A DNA stretch of 63,512 nt, filler included, from an uncultured Chlamydiae bacterium (GCA_937899275.1; 4 parts of 4 records of this genome joined end to end with filler, not necessarily neighbours in it); one strand, 5' to 3'. Positions 41,115 through 51,553 are shown, numbered from the whole stretch's first letter. Numbers and translations are program-made. Notes: generated by a model from the letters alone, not told the origin.

Positions 41115-42967
41115 TTAGGCTCTACTGCAGTAGGCTCTACCCACTTGCCATGATCTTTTATCAGCTGGATTAGTTTTGCATCAGCATCAGCAAAATCGAT
41201 GTACTTTTCTACACAAGTTTTTCCAACATAAAGATCCACTTTACCAGGTCTCGATCCCACATAGCCAAAATCTGCATCAGCCATTTCTCCAGGGCCGTTT
41301 ACAATACAGCCCATGATCGCTACCTTCACTCCAGGCAGGTGCCCAGTTTTTTGGCGGATTCTTTCAGATACTTCTTGTAAATCAAATAACGTGCGGCCGC
41401 ATCCTGGGCAGGAGATAAACTCTGTTTTTACCGAGCGCAACCTAGCTGCCTGTAATAAAGAAAACGTGCGGGAAGAGCGCTCTTCTAAAGAACCTTGAGG
41501 AGCTAGGCAAAATCCATTACTCCAACCATCGCAGAGAATAGAGCCCATCTCCGCTGCAGAGCCCATTAAACGAAGATCTTCTTCGTAGGCAGCGTAAATA
41601 TAGGTAGATACTTGAGAAGGCACTTTCTCCAAAATACGCCGAGTTTTTTCGATTCTATCTACGCCTTCTGCAGAGATAAATAGGTGATTTGGCATCTGGT
41701 TTGCTGTAGAAAGATCCCAAAGATCGATTTCTTCTAGGCTAACATCTTGTACATCAAGCCAAAGAGCTAAAGGAGCTTTCTCTATATACGGTCCATTTTT
41801 CTTCCACGGCGTTACCGGAATTAGAGGGGTTTCTACGGGTTTCAAAGAGAAGTTTTTCACAAAAATCAAGATGCCTGCTTCTTGCACTTTTTCTAACTCT
41901 TCTACAGAGTCTGGAGCTTTTTCTAATAAAAGCGCATCGGGAGAAAAAAGCGTTTTTGTATAGCCAGTAGGTGTTTTTTCAAGAGATAACCTGCGGTCCA
42001 TATCACCAAGAGGAAAATCCTTTTCTCCTAAAGCAAAAAACGCGGATACAGCTCCTTTTCTTTCCGTTTTTTTTCTCACAAAATGACTTTGGTATGCGGT
42101 GGAAAAACGCAGCAACCTGCGGCAAGGCTCCATTTCATGGATGGGATCTTCCGTCAAAGAAATCCGAATCGTATCTCCAATCCCTTCAAGCAGAAGAGCG
42201 CCTATACCAAGAGAGGATTTGATTCTACCATCATCGCCTGCTCCCGCTTCAGTCACCCCTAAATGTAAGGGATAATCCCAGCCTTTTTCCTGCATGGAAG
42301 CGATAAGATGGCGGTAAGCTGCAATCATCACAAGGGGGTTACTTGATTTCATGGAAAAAACAAGCTGATGAAAATCGTGTTTTCGGCAGATCTCGGCAAA
42401 TTCAAAAGCAGAGGCGACCATACCCTTCGGGGTATCTCCATAGACATTGAGGATTCTGTCGGATAAAGAGCCGTGGTTTACCCCGATACGAAGAGCTGTC
42501 TGGTTGCGTTTACAAATCTTTACAAGAGGGGTAAATTTTTCTTCGATACGATGAAGCTCTTGCTGATACTCCAAGTTAGTATAGCTTTTTTTGGCAAAAG
42601 AGGCTCTTTTGTCCGCAAAATTCCCTGGATTAATCCGAACTTTATCCATAAATTCTGCAGAAAAAAGGGCTGCTGGAGGGTAAAAATGGATATCGGCTAC
42701 AAGAGGTACGTTGTATCCTTTTTGCACGAGGATATTTTTGATTTTTTCACACGACTTTGCCTCTTTTTTTCCTTGCACCGTAAGGCGGACAATCGAGGCT
42801 CCAGCGTCACTAAGCTCCATGATCTGCTGCACTGTGGCTGTTATATCGTTTGTATCGGTATTGGTCATTGTTTGGATAGCAATCGGATGATTGCCTCCAA
42901 TAAAAATAGAGCCTATAGCGACAGGTCTTGTGGGGAAAAATGGGGATACTTTACGCTTCATATACAT
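41108..42967 (-). CDS. ispG: 4-hydroxy-3-methylbut-2-enyl diphosphate synthase, long chlamydial/plant type
   Basis: PLVADIHF, RINPGN, RIGVNHGSLS, YPLHLGVTEAG, SCPGCGRT and MGCIVNGPGE motifs, with a central insertion. Confidence 0.96.
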   Translation of the reverse strand: MYMKRKVSPFFPTRPVAIGSIFIGGNHPIAIQTMTNTDTNDITATVQQIMELSDAGASIVRLTVQGKKEAKSCEKIKNILVQKGYNVPLVADIHFYPPAALFSAEFMDKVRINPGNFADKRASFAKKSYTNLEYQQELHRIEEKFTPLVKICKRNQTALRIGVNHGSLSDRILNVYGDTPKGMVASAFEFAEICRKHDFHQLVFSMKSSNPLVMIAAYRHLIASMQEKGWDYPLHLGVTEAGAGDDGRIKSSLGIGALLLEGIGDTIRISLTEDPIHEMEPCRRLLRFSTAYQSHFVRKKTERKGAVSAFFALGEKDFPLGDMDRRLSLEKTPTGYTKTLFSPDALLLEKAPDSVEELEKVQEAGILIFVKNFSLKPVETPLIPVTPWKKNGPYIEKAPLALWLDVQDVSLEEIDLWDLSTANQMPNHLFISAEGVDRIEKTRRILEKVPSQVSTYIYAAYEEDLRLMGSAAEMGSILCDGWSNGFCLAPQGSLEERSSRTFSLLQAARLRSVKTEFISCPGCGRTLFDLQEVSERIRQKTGHLPGVKVAIMGCIVNGPGEMADADFGYVGSRPGKVDLYVGKTCVEKYIDFADADAKLIQLIKDHGKWVEPTAVEPNQ

Positions 42968-42972
42968 ATTTT

Positions 42973-43788
42973 TTAGTAGTCAAATTCAGCAAAATCTGGA
43001 TGAATCAGCCGCTTATTTTCATTGATTGCATCGATTAAAGAAACCTCTTTGACAGAAAGCCGGATCAAACAGCTTGCGATATTTTGTTCTAAATGCAGAG
43101 GCGAGCTTGCTTTTGGTATGGCGATAAAATCCTTATGTAAACACCAGGCTAATACAATTTGCGCTGGGGATCGATCCTTTTTTTTCGCCAAATCCACCAA
43201 GGTAGGGTGCTGTAAAATCTCTCCTTTACCTAAGGGAGAATAGGCTGTAATTGCGATTTCTTGCATTTGACAAAACTGGATGATGTTTTCGTCGACAAAT
43301 AAAGGGTGCAGTTCAAATTGATGGATATAGAGTTTGAGCCCTTGATTGAGCACATCTTGCATATGATGAATTGTCCCATTACACATGCCATATGTACGGA
43401 TTTTTCCCTTTTCCATCATCTGATCCATTTTATAGATCACATCGGGAAGGTGGCCTTTTTTTTTAGGCCAATGGACAAGGTAAGCGTCCAAATAATCTAC
43501 TTGCAGCTCTTTAAGAGCGCGGTCTAAAGCAGGCTCTACTTGATCTGGATGATGCTCTTCATGCCACAGTTTACTCACAAGAAATAACTCCTCCCTTGAT
43601 GCGCCTTTAAGCCCTTTAGCAATATCTAGATGGTTTTGATACACATCCGCTGTGTCGATATGCCGGTATCCAGCATGCCAAGCATCTTGTATCACTTTTG
43701 TACACGCATCTTGCTTTAGCTTCCATGTGCCAAGACCAAGTACAGGCATTTTGACACCAGAAGAAAGCTTTTTATAGGGAATATCCAT
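42973..43788 (-). CDS. Aldo/keto reductase
   Basis: LGLGTW, GYRHIDTA, LVSKLW, YLVHWP, AYSPLG and IPKAS motifs. Confidence 0.92.
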   Translation of the reverse strand: MDIPYKKLSSGVKMPVLGLGTWKLKQDACTKVIQDAWHAGYRHIDTADVYQNHLDIAKGLKGASREELFLVSKLWHEEHHPDQVEPALDRALKELQVDYLDAYLVHWPKKKGHLPDVIYKMDQMMEKGKIRTYGMCNGTIHHMQDVLNQGLKLYIHQFELHPLFVDENIIQFCQMQEIAITAYSPLGKGEILQHPTLVDLAKKKDRSPAQIVLAWCLHKDFIAIPKASSPLHLEQNIASCLIRLSVKEVSLIDAINENKRLIHPDFAEFDY

Positions 43789-43794
43789 CGATAC

Positions 43795-44514
43795 CTACTC
43801 TACTTTTTTTTGAATAAACACATCAGCTTTGCCCCAAGGATAGGCCGCTTTAAAGCGGCTTTCTACCTTCCAATCAGCAGAGTAATAAGCAAGAGGCTCA
43901 CTTACAGTTGCCACATAGGCCCCTTTGGGAAAAGATATGAGCTGCTTTGCCAGTTGCAAAAACTCAGCGTCTGACAAAGATGTGCTATATATATATACTA
44001 CATCGGCTTTAGGAAGGGAAGTCTGGAAGATATCTTGCACCTGAAAATGCACACCTTCTATCCGCAAAAAATTTTTTATCCCTATAGAAGATTCGATAAA
44101 AGGCTCTACCCAGTCTAGACCGGTAGAGACTGCAGAAAACACCTCTCTCATAAAAAACACCCCTTTTCCTCTGCCAGAACCTAGTTCTAAATAGGTTTTA
44201 CCCTTTGATAAACCTGTTTTTTCTCCAATTTTTTTTAGTATCTTTGGTGGAGTCTCCCCATAGATGTTACCCAGTGGATGAGTAGACGGAGATTTTTTAG
44301 CGATTTGATAGGGGCTTTTCCCCAAATATAAGAAAAAATACATCGCTTCGATCAGGAGCATGCGCCTAGTATGCAGGTAAAAACAGGCGTGCAACATTTC
44401 TTTTAGCCAAAACCACTTGATTCGGAAAAATACTGGTAGACTTGTTCTCAAAGCGCACATATATAGATTAGTTTCGCCAATAGTGCGATTTTCTGCAGCC
44501 AAAAATCTCTGCAA
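43795..44514 (-). CDS. Class I SAM-dependent methyltransferase; start uncertain
   Basis: YGETP, YLELGSGRGKG and ADVVYIY motifs. Confidence 0.8.
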   Translation of the reverse strand: MQRFLAAENRTIGETNLYMCALRTSLPVFFRIKWFWLKEMLHACFYLHTRRMLLIEAMYFFLYLGKSPYQIAKKSPSTHPLGNIYGETPPKILKKIGEKTGLSKGKTYLELGSGRGKGVFFMREVFSAVSTGLDWVEPFIESSIGIKNFLRIEGVHFQVQDIFQTSLPKADVVYIYSTSLSDAEFLQLAKQLISFPKGAYVATVSEPLAYYSADWKVESRFKAAYPWGKADVFIQKKVE

Positions 44515-44534
44515 TTATGTTATCCTAAGGATGT

Positions 44535-45941
44535 ATGGAAACGACAGAACCTTCCTCCCTAACTGAGCATCCACCTGGCAGTATAAAAGAGCTTTGGAGC
44601 ATTTCTCTTCCTTTGATGCTTTCCCATTTAGCTGCTTATTTCATGATTTTCGTCGATCGGATCTTTTTAGCAAGCTATTCTGCTGCATCGTTTCATAGTG
44701 CAGTCAGCGCGGGAACCTGGGCGTGGGCGTTTATGGGGGGCTTTGGTATGCTATCCTCAATGAGCGAAGTATTTGTAGCGCAGTTCAATGGCGCTAAAAG
44801 ACCTAAACTTATTGGCCCTTCTATTTGGCAGATGATTTGGATCTCTCTTTTATCTGTCTTGTTTTTTTGGCCTATTGCCTTATACGGCTCCAACTGGATT
44901 TTTCCGATGGCCACGCAAGTAGAACAAAGGCAATATTTTTCTTACCTACTTGTATTTGCCCCTTTTTACGTTTTAATGACCGCGCTAAGCGGTTTTTATA
45001 TAGGCAGGGGCAAAACAGCTCTTTTGATCTATCTTGCCATTTTAGGCAACGTCCTCAATATCATTTTTGATGCTCTTTTTATTTTTGGTCTAGATCCCTG
45101 GATACCTGAAATGGGGATTAAAGGAGCAGCGATTGCCACATCTTTAGGTTATATCGTGCAGGCAGTGCTGTTATTTGCTTTTTTTATGCATCCATCTTAT
45201 CGAAACGCATTTGCCACAAATAACCACTCTTTGAATATCCCTTTATTCATCCGCTCATGTAAAGTGGGACTGCCTCAAGGCGTTTTTTATATGCTGGAAA
45301 TAGCAGGTATTGCCATTTTTTATGAGTGCATGCATAGACTAAGCAAAGACCATATTGCCATTTCTGGGATATGCCAAACGTTTTTGATTCTCCTCTCTTT
45401 TTTTATTGAAGGAGTCAGTAGAGGGGTCACTGCCATCTCTGGAAACTTCATCGGCTCAAAATACACGCAAGAAATCCAGCAGGTACTTAAATCAGGCGTC
45501 TATCTGCAGTGTGGATTTTCTTTGTTGATTGCGCTGGCATTTTTTGCTCCTACAGAATCGGTGCTATACCTATTTCCTACGACATCATTGGAGCCGTCTG
45601 CTATAGGCACTCTTTGGTTTTGCCTTGTATGCGCCTTTTTCTACATCTCATTTGAAGGAATACGCTGGATTGTGGCGGGTATACTAACCGCTGCTGGAGA
45701 TACCTTGTTTTTACTGATAGCAGGCAGCCTTAATGTCTGGCTCTTACTCATTATTCCGATCTACATTTTAATCGAAAAAAACGCGTTATCCGTCGAGATG
45801 GCGTGGAGTATCTATGCAGCATATTCTTTGCTTTCTTGCTTGATTTATCTCAGGCGCTACCAAAAAGGATCATGGAAAAAAATCCAACTTATCCAAGAAG
45901 AAGAAAACGAGATAAAAGCCTCAACAAACCCTTTATCATAA
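44535..45941 (+). CDS. MATE family efflux transporter
   Basis: About 12 transmembrane segments; LPLML..VDRIFL, NVLNIIFD and MGIKGAAIAT motifs. Confidence 0.88.
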   Translation: METTEPSSLTEHPPGSIKELWSISLPLMLSHLAAYFMIFVDRIFLASYSAASFHSAVSAGTWAWAFMGGFGMLSSMSEVFVAQFNGAKRPKLIGPSIWQMIWISLLSVLFFWPIALYGSNWIFPMATQVEQRQYFSYLLVFAPFYVLMTALSGFYIGRGKTALLIYLAILGNVLNIIFDALFIFGLDPWIPEMGIKGAAIATSLGYIVQAVLLFAFFMHPSYRNAFATNNHSLNIPLFIRSCKVGLPQGVFYMLEIAGIAIFYECMHRLSKDHIAISGICQTFLILLSFFIEGVSRGVTAISGNFIGSKYTQEIQQVLKSGVYLQCGFSLLIALAFFAPTESVLYLFPTTSLEPSAIGTLWFCLVCAFFYISFEGIRWIVAGILTAAGDTLFLLIAGSLNVWLLLIIPIYILIEKNALSVEMAWSIYAAYSLLSCLIYLRRYQKGSWKKIQLIQEEENEIKASTNPLS

Positions 45942-47543
45942 CCCTAAATTAGGCTTTCTCAGTGAAAAAGGGTGCGCATCTACGACTGCAGAGGGTCCAA
46001 AAAATTGCATAGGACCGGGGCAAAGGTAGGCATCAGAAAGCTCCCAATCCCCTCTTTTTTTTGCAAAAGTTTGATAGGCTTCTGATGAAAAACAAACCAA
46101 AGCTTTTGCAATGACAAGCTTTTCTTTTCCCTTTCTTCTTTCGGTATGCAGCATCTTAGCAATAGGAAGAGCTAATGGTTGCCATTCATCTACTGGCTTA
46201 TGTAGATGTAAAAGACTTGCCATATACCCCGTTTTTCCGTCTTCAAGTAGTAAAGCAGCGATTTTACCTAAACTGTAGCAGTAGTTAGCGTCAAAATTTG
46301 AAGGGAGAGAAGCTCTTCCTTCATACACAAAAAAGTGGGAAGCAGGATGAAATTTATTAGCCACTTCTGGAAAAGCTCGGAGTTTTTCTTCTACCATAGC
46401 AACTAAAAGGCCTTCGGTAGAGATTTTGGAAACCTGCACATTGCCGTGAGGATCACGGTCCATTAAGAGCTGTTTTTGAATCGACTTTGGAAGAGCGGAA
46501 AATAGCTTTTTTTCGCTTTCTTGAAGGGTAGATTCTACAGACGATACACCTTGAAAAAGCGCTTCATTGATCGAAGAAATCAGCTGTTTCATATCGGTTA
46601 AAAACTCTAACAACCCTTCGGGAATGAGTATAACTCCATAGTACTTACCCTGATTTGCTCTTTTTTTGATCAAAGAAACAAGTTCTTCGACTACAGAAAA
46701 AACGCTCTTTTTTTTCTCTAAACACTCCTCAGAGATCAAAGCAAAATTTGGCTGGGTTTTCAAAGCGCATTCTAGAGTTACATGGGAAGCAGATCTTCCC
46801 ATAAGACGGATGAAGTGGTAATATTTCTTTGCAGAAGAAGCATCTTTTGCAATATTTCCCACCATTTCTGCATAAACCGAAGTTGCCGTATGAAACCCAA
46901 AAGAAATCGGTGTGTAATCAGATTGCAAGTCGCCATCAATAGTCTTTGGAACGCCAATCACCGCGATCCTACGATCTTTTTGCGAAAAAGCTTCTGCCAA
47001 AACAGCCGCATTGGTATTGGAATCATCCCCTCCGATAATGACAAGTCCTTGTAGTCTCAAATCTTTGCTATTTTGATACGCTTTTTCAATCGCTTTTTTC
47101 CCTTCAATCTTTGTGCGGCCAGAGCCTAACAGATCAAAGCCGCCTTGATTGCGGTAGAGATCCACCTTTTCTTTGGTCAAAAGAGTCGTCTGGTTTTCTA
47201 AAATCCCCTCAGGTCCTCCGATAAATCCGATCAAAGTAGGGTCAGTAAAACGCTCTTGCAAAGCATCGAAAATTCCCGCGATCACGTTGTGTCCACCTGG
47301 AGCTTGCCCTCCAGAAAACACTACACCTACCCGGATTGTTTGTTTTTTCGGTGGAATCTTTTCTTTTCCCTCGGTAGAAACCCAAAGTAATGGATGATGA
47401 AAGGTATGGGGAAAAGCAGATTCTACAGATGCATCTTTTGCTTGAAAATTTCCTTTAGGATCTTCTTGTAAGCGCAGCTTACATCCACGCAGAGCTTTAG
47501 GTAGTACCGGATGAAACTCTCTTCGTATCTCTTCTAATCGCAA
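45936..47543 (-). CDS. pfp: Pyrophosphate-dependent phosphofructokinase
   Basis: SGGQAPGGHNV, IGGDDSNTNA, GVPKTIDGD, RLMGRSASH and DPHGNVQVS motifs. Confidence 0.94.
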   Translation of the reverse strand: MRLEEIRREFHPVLPKALRGCKLRLQEDPKGNFQAKDASVESAFPHTFHHPLLWVSTEGKEKIPPKKQTIRVGVVFSGGQAPGGHNVIAGIFDALQERFTDPTLIGFIGGPEGILENQTTLLTKEKVDLYRNQGGFDLLGSGRTKIEGKKAIEKAYQNSKDLRLQGLVIIGGDDSNTNAAVLAEAFSQKDRRIAVIGVPKTIDGDLQSDYTPISFGFHTATSVYAEMVGNIAKDASSAKKYYHFIRLMGRSASHVTLECALKTQPNFALISEECLEKKKSVFSVVEELVSLIKKRANQGKYYGVILIPEGLLEFLTDMKQLISSINEALFQGVSSVESTLQESEKKLFSALPKSIQKQLLMDRDPHGNVQVSKISTEGLLVAMVEEKLRAFPEVANKFHPASHFFVYEGRASLPSNFDANYCYSLGKIAALLLEDGKTGYMASLLHLHKPVDEWQPLALPIAKMLHTERRKGKEKLVIAKALVCFSSEAYQTFAKKRGDWELSDAYLCPGPMQFFGPSAVVDAHPFSLRKPNLGL

Positions 47544-47623
47544 CTCTCTATCCTTTGTTCGGTTTTCTTGCTGTTAATTAGATAAACAAATACCATTTGA
47601 AAATACAATAAAAAAACTATCTG

Positions 47624-48364
47624 ATGAAATCTGCAATGAAAGCTGCTTGTGTGATTCCTGCTCGCTTAGAAAGCTCCCGTTTTCCAAGGAAAATGCTCCA
47701 CCTTATCCAAGGAAAATCTTTAATTAGACGGACAGTAGAAAATGCGCGATCTTTTCCAATACCTGCGTATGTGCTAACTGATAGCATAGAAATCGCACGT
47801 GAAGTGCAAGATATTGCGCCGATCATCTTTACCTCATCTAAGCCAAAGACAGGAACAGACCGTATTGTGGAGGCGCTTTATACAAATCAGCAGCTACAAA
47901 GCTTTGATCTACTCGTTAATGCGCAGGGAGACCATCCCTTCTTATCGCCTAAAACGGTAGAAAATCTACTCGAAGCTTTTGCAGAAAATCCTTCGTTAGA
48001 TATTGCGACAGCTGTGCAAAAGATCTCGAAAAAAGACGCGGTTAAACCTCAAGTAGTCAAATGTGTATTTAGCGAAAATAACCAAGCTCTTTACTTTAGT
48101 AGAAGCTTAGTTCCTCATGGAGCAGAAGAGTATTATCAACATATCGGAGTGTATGCGTATAAAACTAGATTTTTACATAATCTCCAAAAAATGCCCCAAA
48201 CAGATCTGGAACAAAAAGAGCAACTCGAGCAGCTCCGTTTCTTAGAAAAGGGCTTTTCTATTCAAGTGGTTATCAGTGAAAACCCCCATGATGTAGCCGG
48301 CGTAGATTTCCCAATAGATGCACTTGCTTGCGGTGAAATTGCAGCAGATATGACTTATTTATGA
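47624..48364 (+). CDS. kdsB: CMP-Kdo synthetase
   Basis: IPARLESSRFPRK, TGTDR, NAQGDHP, ALYFSR, HIGVYAY and LEQLRFL motifs. Confidence 0.92.
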   Translation: MKSAMKAACVIPARLESSRFPRKMLHLIQGKSLIRRTVENARSFPIPAYVLTDSIEIAREVQDIAPIIFTSSKPKTGTDRIVEALYTNQQLQSFDLLVNAQGDHPFLSPKTVENLLEAFAENPSLDIATAVQKISKKDAVKPQVVKCVFSENNQALYFSRSLVPHGAEEYYQHIGVYAYKTRFLHNLQKMPQTDLEQKEQLEQLRFLEKGFSIQVVISENPHDVAGVDFPIDALACGEIAADMTYL

Positions 48365-48777
48365 AACGGATTTTAGCAATCGATTATGGAGCGAAAAGAA
48401 TTGGTCTTGCCATCACCGACGCAGGCCAAATTTTGGCGTTACCACTAACTACGGTACTTGCAAAAAAAACGCATAAAGAATCTGCTTTAGCGGTGCAAAA
48501 AAATACCTTGCACTATTCTATTGCGGAAATTGTGATAGGCCTTCCCCTTCTTCCGAATGGAAAAGAGGGCGCTATGAGCAGAGAAGCGCGCCTTTTTGGA
48601 AGCGCCATCGAAGAGGTTTTTTCTACAACAGTCCACTTTTTCGATGAGCGCTTCACATCGCTAGAAGCGCACCGTTCTTTGAGCAATTTATCTCGAAAAA
48701 AACGGACAAAAATCATTGACCCAACATCTGCTGTCATGTTACTTAGAGATTTTTTACAAGCAAGATCCTCTGGATGA
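48361..48777 (+). CDS. yqgF: YqgF/RuvX pre-16S rRNA nuclease
   Basis: ILAIDYGAKRIGLA, IVIGLP and DERFTS motifs. Confidence 0.92.
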   Translation: MKRILAIDYGAKRIGLAITDAGQILALPLTTVLAKKTHKESALAVQKNTLHYSIAEIVIGLPLLPNGKEGAMSREARLFGSAIEEVFSTTVHFFDERFTSLEAHRSLSNLSRKKRTKIIDPTSAVMLLRDFLQARSSG

Positions 48778-48854
48778 AACGCGCAATTTCTCTTGCAGAT
48801 TTTTGCCTAATCTTACAATGTGACATCTAAAGATGCATAAAGACATGACTATCT

Positions 48855-49550
48855 ATGAGTGAAGAAACAAAACAAGCAAACCCTTGTATCCTTGTGATAT
48901 TTGGCGCAACAGGAGACCTTACTGGCAGAAAACTCATGCCAGCTATCTATAACCTAGGTAAAGATGGCCTTTTACCAACAAGCTTTGCCTGCGTAGGTTT
49001 TGCTAGAAGACCCAAAACGCATGAAGAATTCCGCAAAGAAATGGGAGAAGATGTAGATCAGTTTTCCCGTACCAAGCCTTTAGACGCCCCTTTTTGGGAG
49101 CATTTCCAACAATCGTTATTCTATCATCAAGCGGCATTTGACGACGACGACGGGTATAAAAAACTGAGAGTATTTTTAGATAAGCTCGATGCGGAACATG
49201 GCACAAAAGGAAATCGTATTTTTTATCTTTCTGTGCAGCCAAAATTTTTTCCTGTGATTGTAAAAAAGCTCAAAACCCACGGACTCATCTACAATCCTCA
49301 AGAAAGCGCAGAAAAATTTTCCAATGTAATTATTGAAAAACCTTTTGGAAGAGATAGTTCTTCTGCAGAAAAGCTGCAACACGAAATCGAAGAGTCGCTC
49401 CATGAGAGTCAGATCTATAGAATCGATCATTACCTTGGCAAAGAAACCGTACAAAATATTTTGGTGTTTCGCTTAGCAAACTCCATTTTTGAATCTCTTT
49501 GGAATAACAAACACATCGATCATATTCAAATCACGGTAGCAGAAAGCATC
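48855..49550 (+). CDS. zwf: Glucose-6-phosphate dehydrogenase, N-terminal half only (chimeric contig end)
   Basis: IFGATGDL, IEKPFG and YRIDHYLGKETVQN motifs; similarity stops after HIQITVAES. Confidence 0.92.
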
Positions 49551-49663
49551 AGCATAATTGGGATTAATTACTAAGACTTTGTTGAAATCAGAAATAGCTC
49601 CTTCATAATCTTTTAGCTGATGACGCGCAACGCACAGATTGTAGTAAGCTTCGGCTACTAATT
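49545..49663 (-). other. Fragment of a TPR-repeat coding sequence fused to zwf in the opposite orientation
   Basis: The minus strand translates to LVAEAYYNLCVARHQLKDYEGAISDFNKVLVINPNYADA, a canonical TPR unit. Confidence 0.75.
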
Positions 49664-49763
49664 NNNNNNNNNNNNNNNNNNNNNNNNNNNNNNNNNNNNN
49701 NNNNNNNTTAATTAATTAANNNNNNNNNNNNNNNNNNNNNNNNNNNNNNNNNNNNNNNNNNNN
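49664..49763. other. Artificial contig linker
   Basis: N runs around TTAATTAATTAA. Confidence 0.97.
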
Positions 49764-50164
49764 AAACGTTTAGAGAAGATGAAGCTTTTACGAGCGCCAG
49801 CGCGGCCATATTTCTTTCGTTCTTTTTCTCTAGAATCGCGGGTTAAATAGCCCACATCTTTCAGTACTTTGCGCAGCTCTTCATCTTCTCGTACAAGAGC
49901 TCTTGCAATACCTAGACGAATAGCCTCTGATTGCGCTTCTAAACCGCCACCTTTTACCCGAATAATGATATCATATTTTGTTTCGTAAGACAGCTTAATC
50001 AGTGGAGCGGTAGCTACCGTTCTTTGATGAGGTACTTTAAAGTAGTCAGAAAACTCTCTACCGTTGACCTTTACCTTACCTGTTCCAGGTCTTAGCCTAA
50101 CAGAGGCTACTGCAGTTTTTCTGCGACCAACATCAACAGTTTCTTGGATTGCTTGCTTTGCCAT
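49764..50164 (-). CDS. rpsI: 30S ribosomal protein S9 (stop codon lost at the contig end)
   Basis: GRRKTAVASV, GGGLEAQ and ERKKYG..ARKSF.FSKR motifs. Confidence 0.96.
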
Positions 50165-50181
50165 AATCTATTCTTTTCTCA

Positions 50182-50628
50182 TTAAATCGTTACTGGAATG
50201 GGCTTTTGCGCCTGCATGTTATGCGAGTCTCCCTTAAATAGGTGCATATTTTTGATCTGCGCTCGTCCCAATTTTGTTTTAGGAAGCATTTTTTTCACTG
50301 CATTTTTCAATGGGAAGCCAGGATCTTTTTCATGGATCTCGCTATAAGGAATTTCCTTTAAAGCCCCTACATGACCTGAGTGTCTATAGTATTTTTTTTG
50401 CGCTGCTTTATCTTTTGTGAGCACAAGGTGCTCTACATTGATCACTACAACAGCGTCTCCCATGTTTTGGTTGGGAGTAAAATTTGTTTTATGTTTCCCT
50501 TGAAGAACTTTCGCAATTTCTGATGCAAAGCGGCCTAAAATTTTCCCTTTGGCATCAAAAAGAAAACATTTTCTTTCTCGAATCGCTTCTTCTTTTGAGA
50601 TAAATTTCGTACGGTGTTTATGATTCAT
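50182..50628 (-). CDS. rplM: 50S ribosomal protein L13
   Basis: DAKGKILGR, LQGKHK, YYRHSG and AVKKMLPK motifs; upstream of rpsI. Confidence 0.96.
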   Translation of the reverse strand: MNHKHRTKFISKEEAIRERKCFLFDAKGKILGRFASEIAKVLQGKHKTNFTPNQNMGDAVVVINVEHLVLTKDKAAQKKYYRHSGHVGALKEIPYSEIHEKDPGFPLKNAVKKMLPKTKLGRAQIKNMHLFKGDSHNMQAQKPIPVTI

Positions 50629-50752
50629 TTTTTAAAAATCCGAATAATATGTATGATTTACCATCATAGAAAAAAACCCCCTTTATTTCAAAGGTTTTTT
50701 AGCCGGAAAATGGCAACTCTACCCTGAAACAATCATAAACTGAGGCAACCAC

Positions 50753-51553
50753 ATGTTCACTACCCCATCTGTCACAAAATTATTTGATTTTAACCCAGAA
50801 GATTACAGTCCTTGGGATCCTAGACCTGCGCTGTATATCAGCGCTTTTTTCCTTTTAGTCAACGAAATAGCCAAACGCTGCCTATTTCGTGCAGATACCC
50901 CTTTGGAAAAAAGTTCCATAGACGGTAGAGAAAGATCTGCAGGAACAGATGAAAAAAGCGTGAAAACAAAGAAAATATCCTATGAATATTTACCAACGCA
51001 TGCAGTAACCACTTTTTATGCATGTCTTCGCAAAGCAGTGCACTATGACGGCTGGCTGTACGCTCCTTCTAGCGAACCAATACTTAAATCGGAAGGCCGT
51101 TTCGTAAACTTTGTATTCCAGTATTTCTTTACATTTGATCTTTCAAGCACAGCTGTTCGCTCAGCGCTACCCTACCCTGAAGAAGGGGAACATCCTGAAA
51201 AAGGTAGGATAGCTACAACTGCTTCTGTAATAGCGCTTTTATGGACTACGAGAAGGCTCTTCTTCGTAGACGATGGGTCTCCAGAAGCTGTTATTTGTAA
51301 CTGCATGTCTTATAGCCTTGCCTCTCTTTCTCATAAGAAAACAGAAAAGCCTTTTATTAAATATACATCTGCTTGGTGGTACAGTTTCTTCTTGCAGGCT
51401 TTTTTCCGCTTAGCGGTTTCACGGCTACAGAAGCAATCAAGCGTTATGCCGTTTTTAGCGCAGTGGACCTTCACTTTTGTTTCTACCGCTCCTATCGTTT
51501 GGTCTCTTGACTCTCCTTCTTCAAACAGACAAAACGAGGGAAAACAGGCATAA
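50753..51553 (+). CDS. Hypothetical protein with several hydrophobic segments
   Basis: 266-aa ORF with a GAGG Shine-Dalgarno; no recognisable motif. Confidence 0.6.
   Translation: MFTTPSVTKLFDFNPEDYSPWDPRPALYISAFFLLVNEIAKRCLFRADTPLEKSSIDGRERSAGTDEKSVKTKKISYEYLPTHAVTTFYACLRKAVHYDGWLYAPSSEPILKSEGRFVNFVFQYFFTFDLSSTAVRSALPYPEEGEHPEKGRIATTASVIALLWTTRRLFFVDDGSPEAVICNCMSYSLASLSHKKTEKPFIKYTSAWWYSFFLQAFFRLAVSRLQKQSSVMPFLAQWTFTFVSTAPIVWSLDSPSSNRQNEGKQA

Noticed and set aside
41108..42967. Unusually long IspG
   Set aside because: The three-domain long form is known for chlamydiae and plants.
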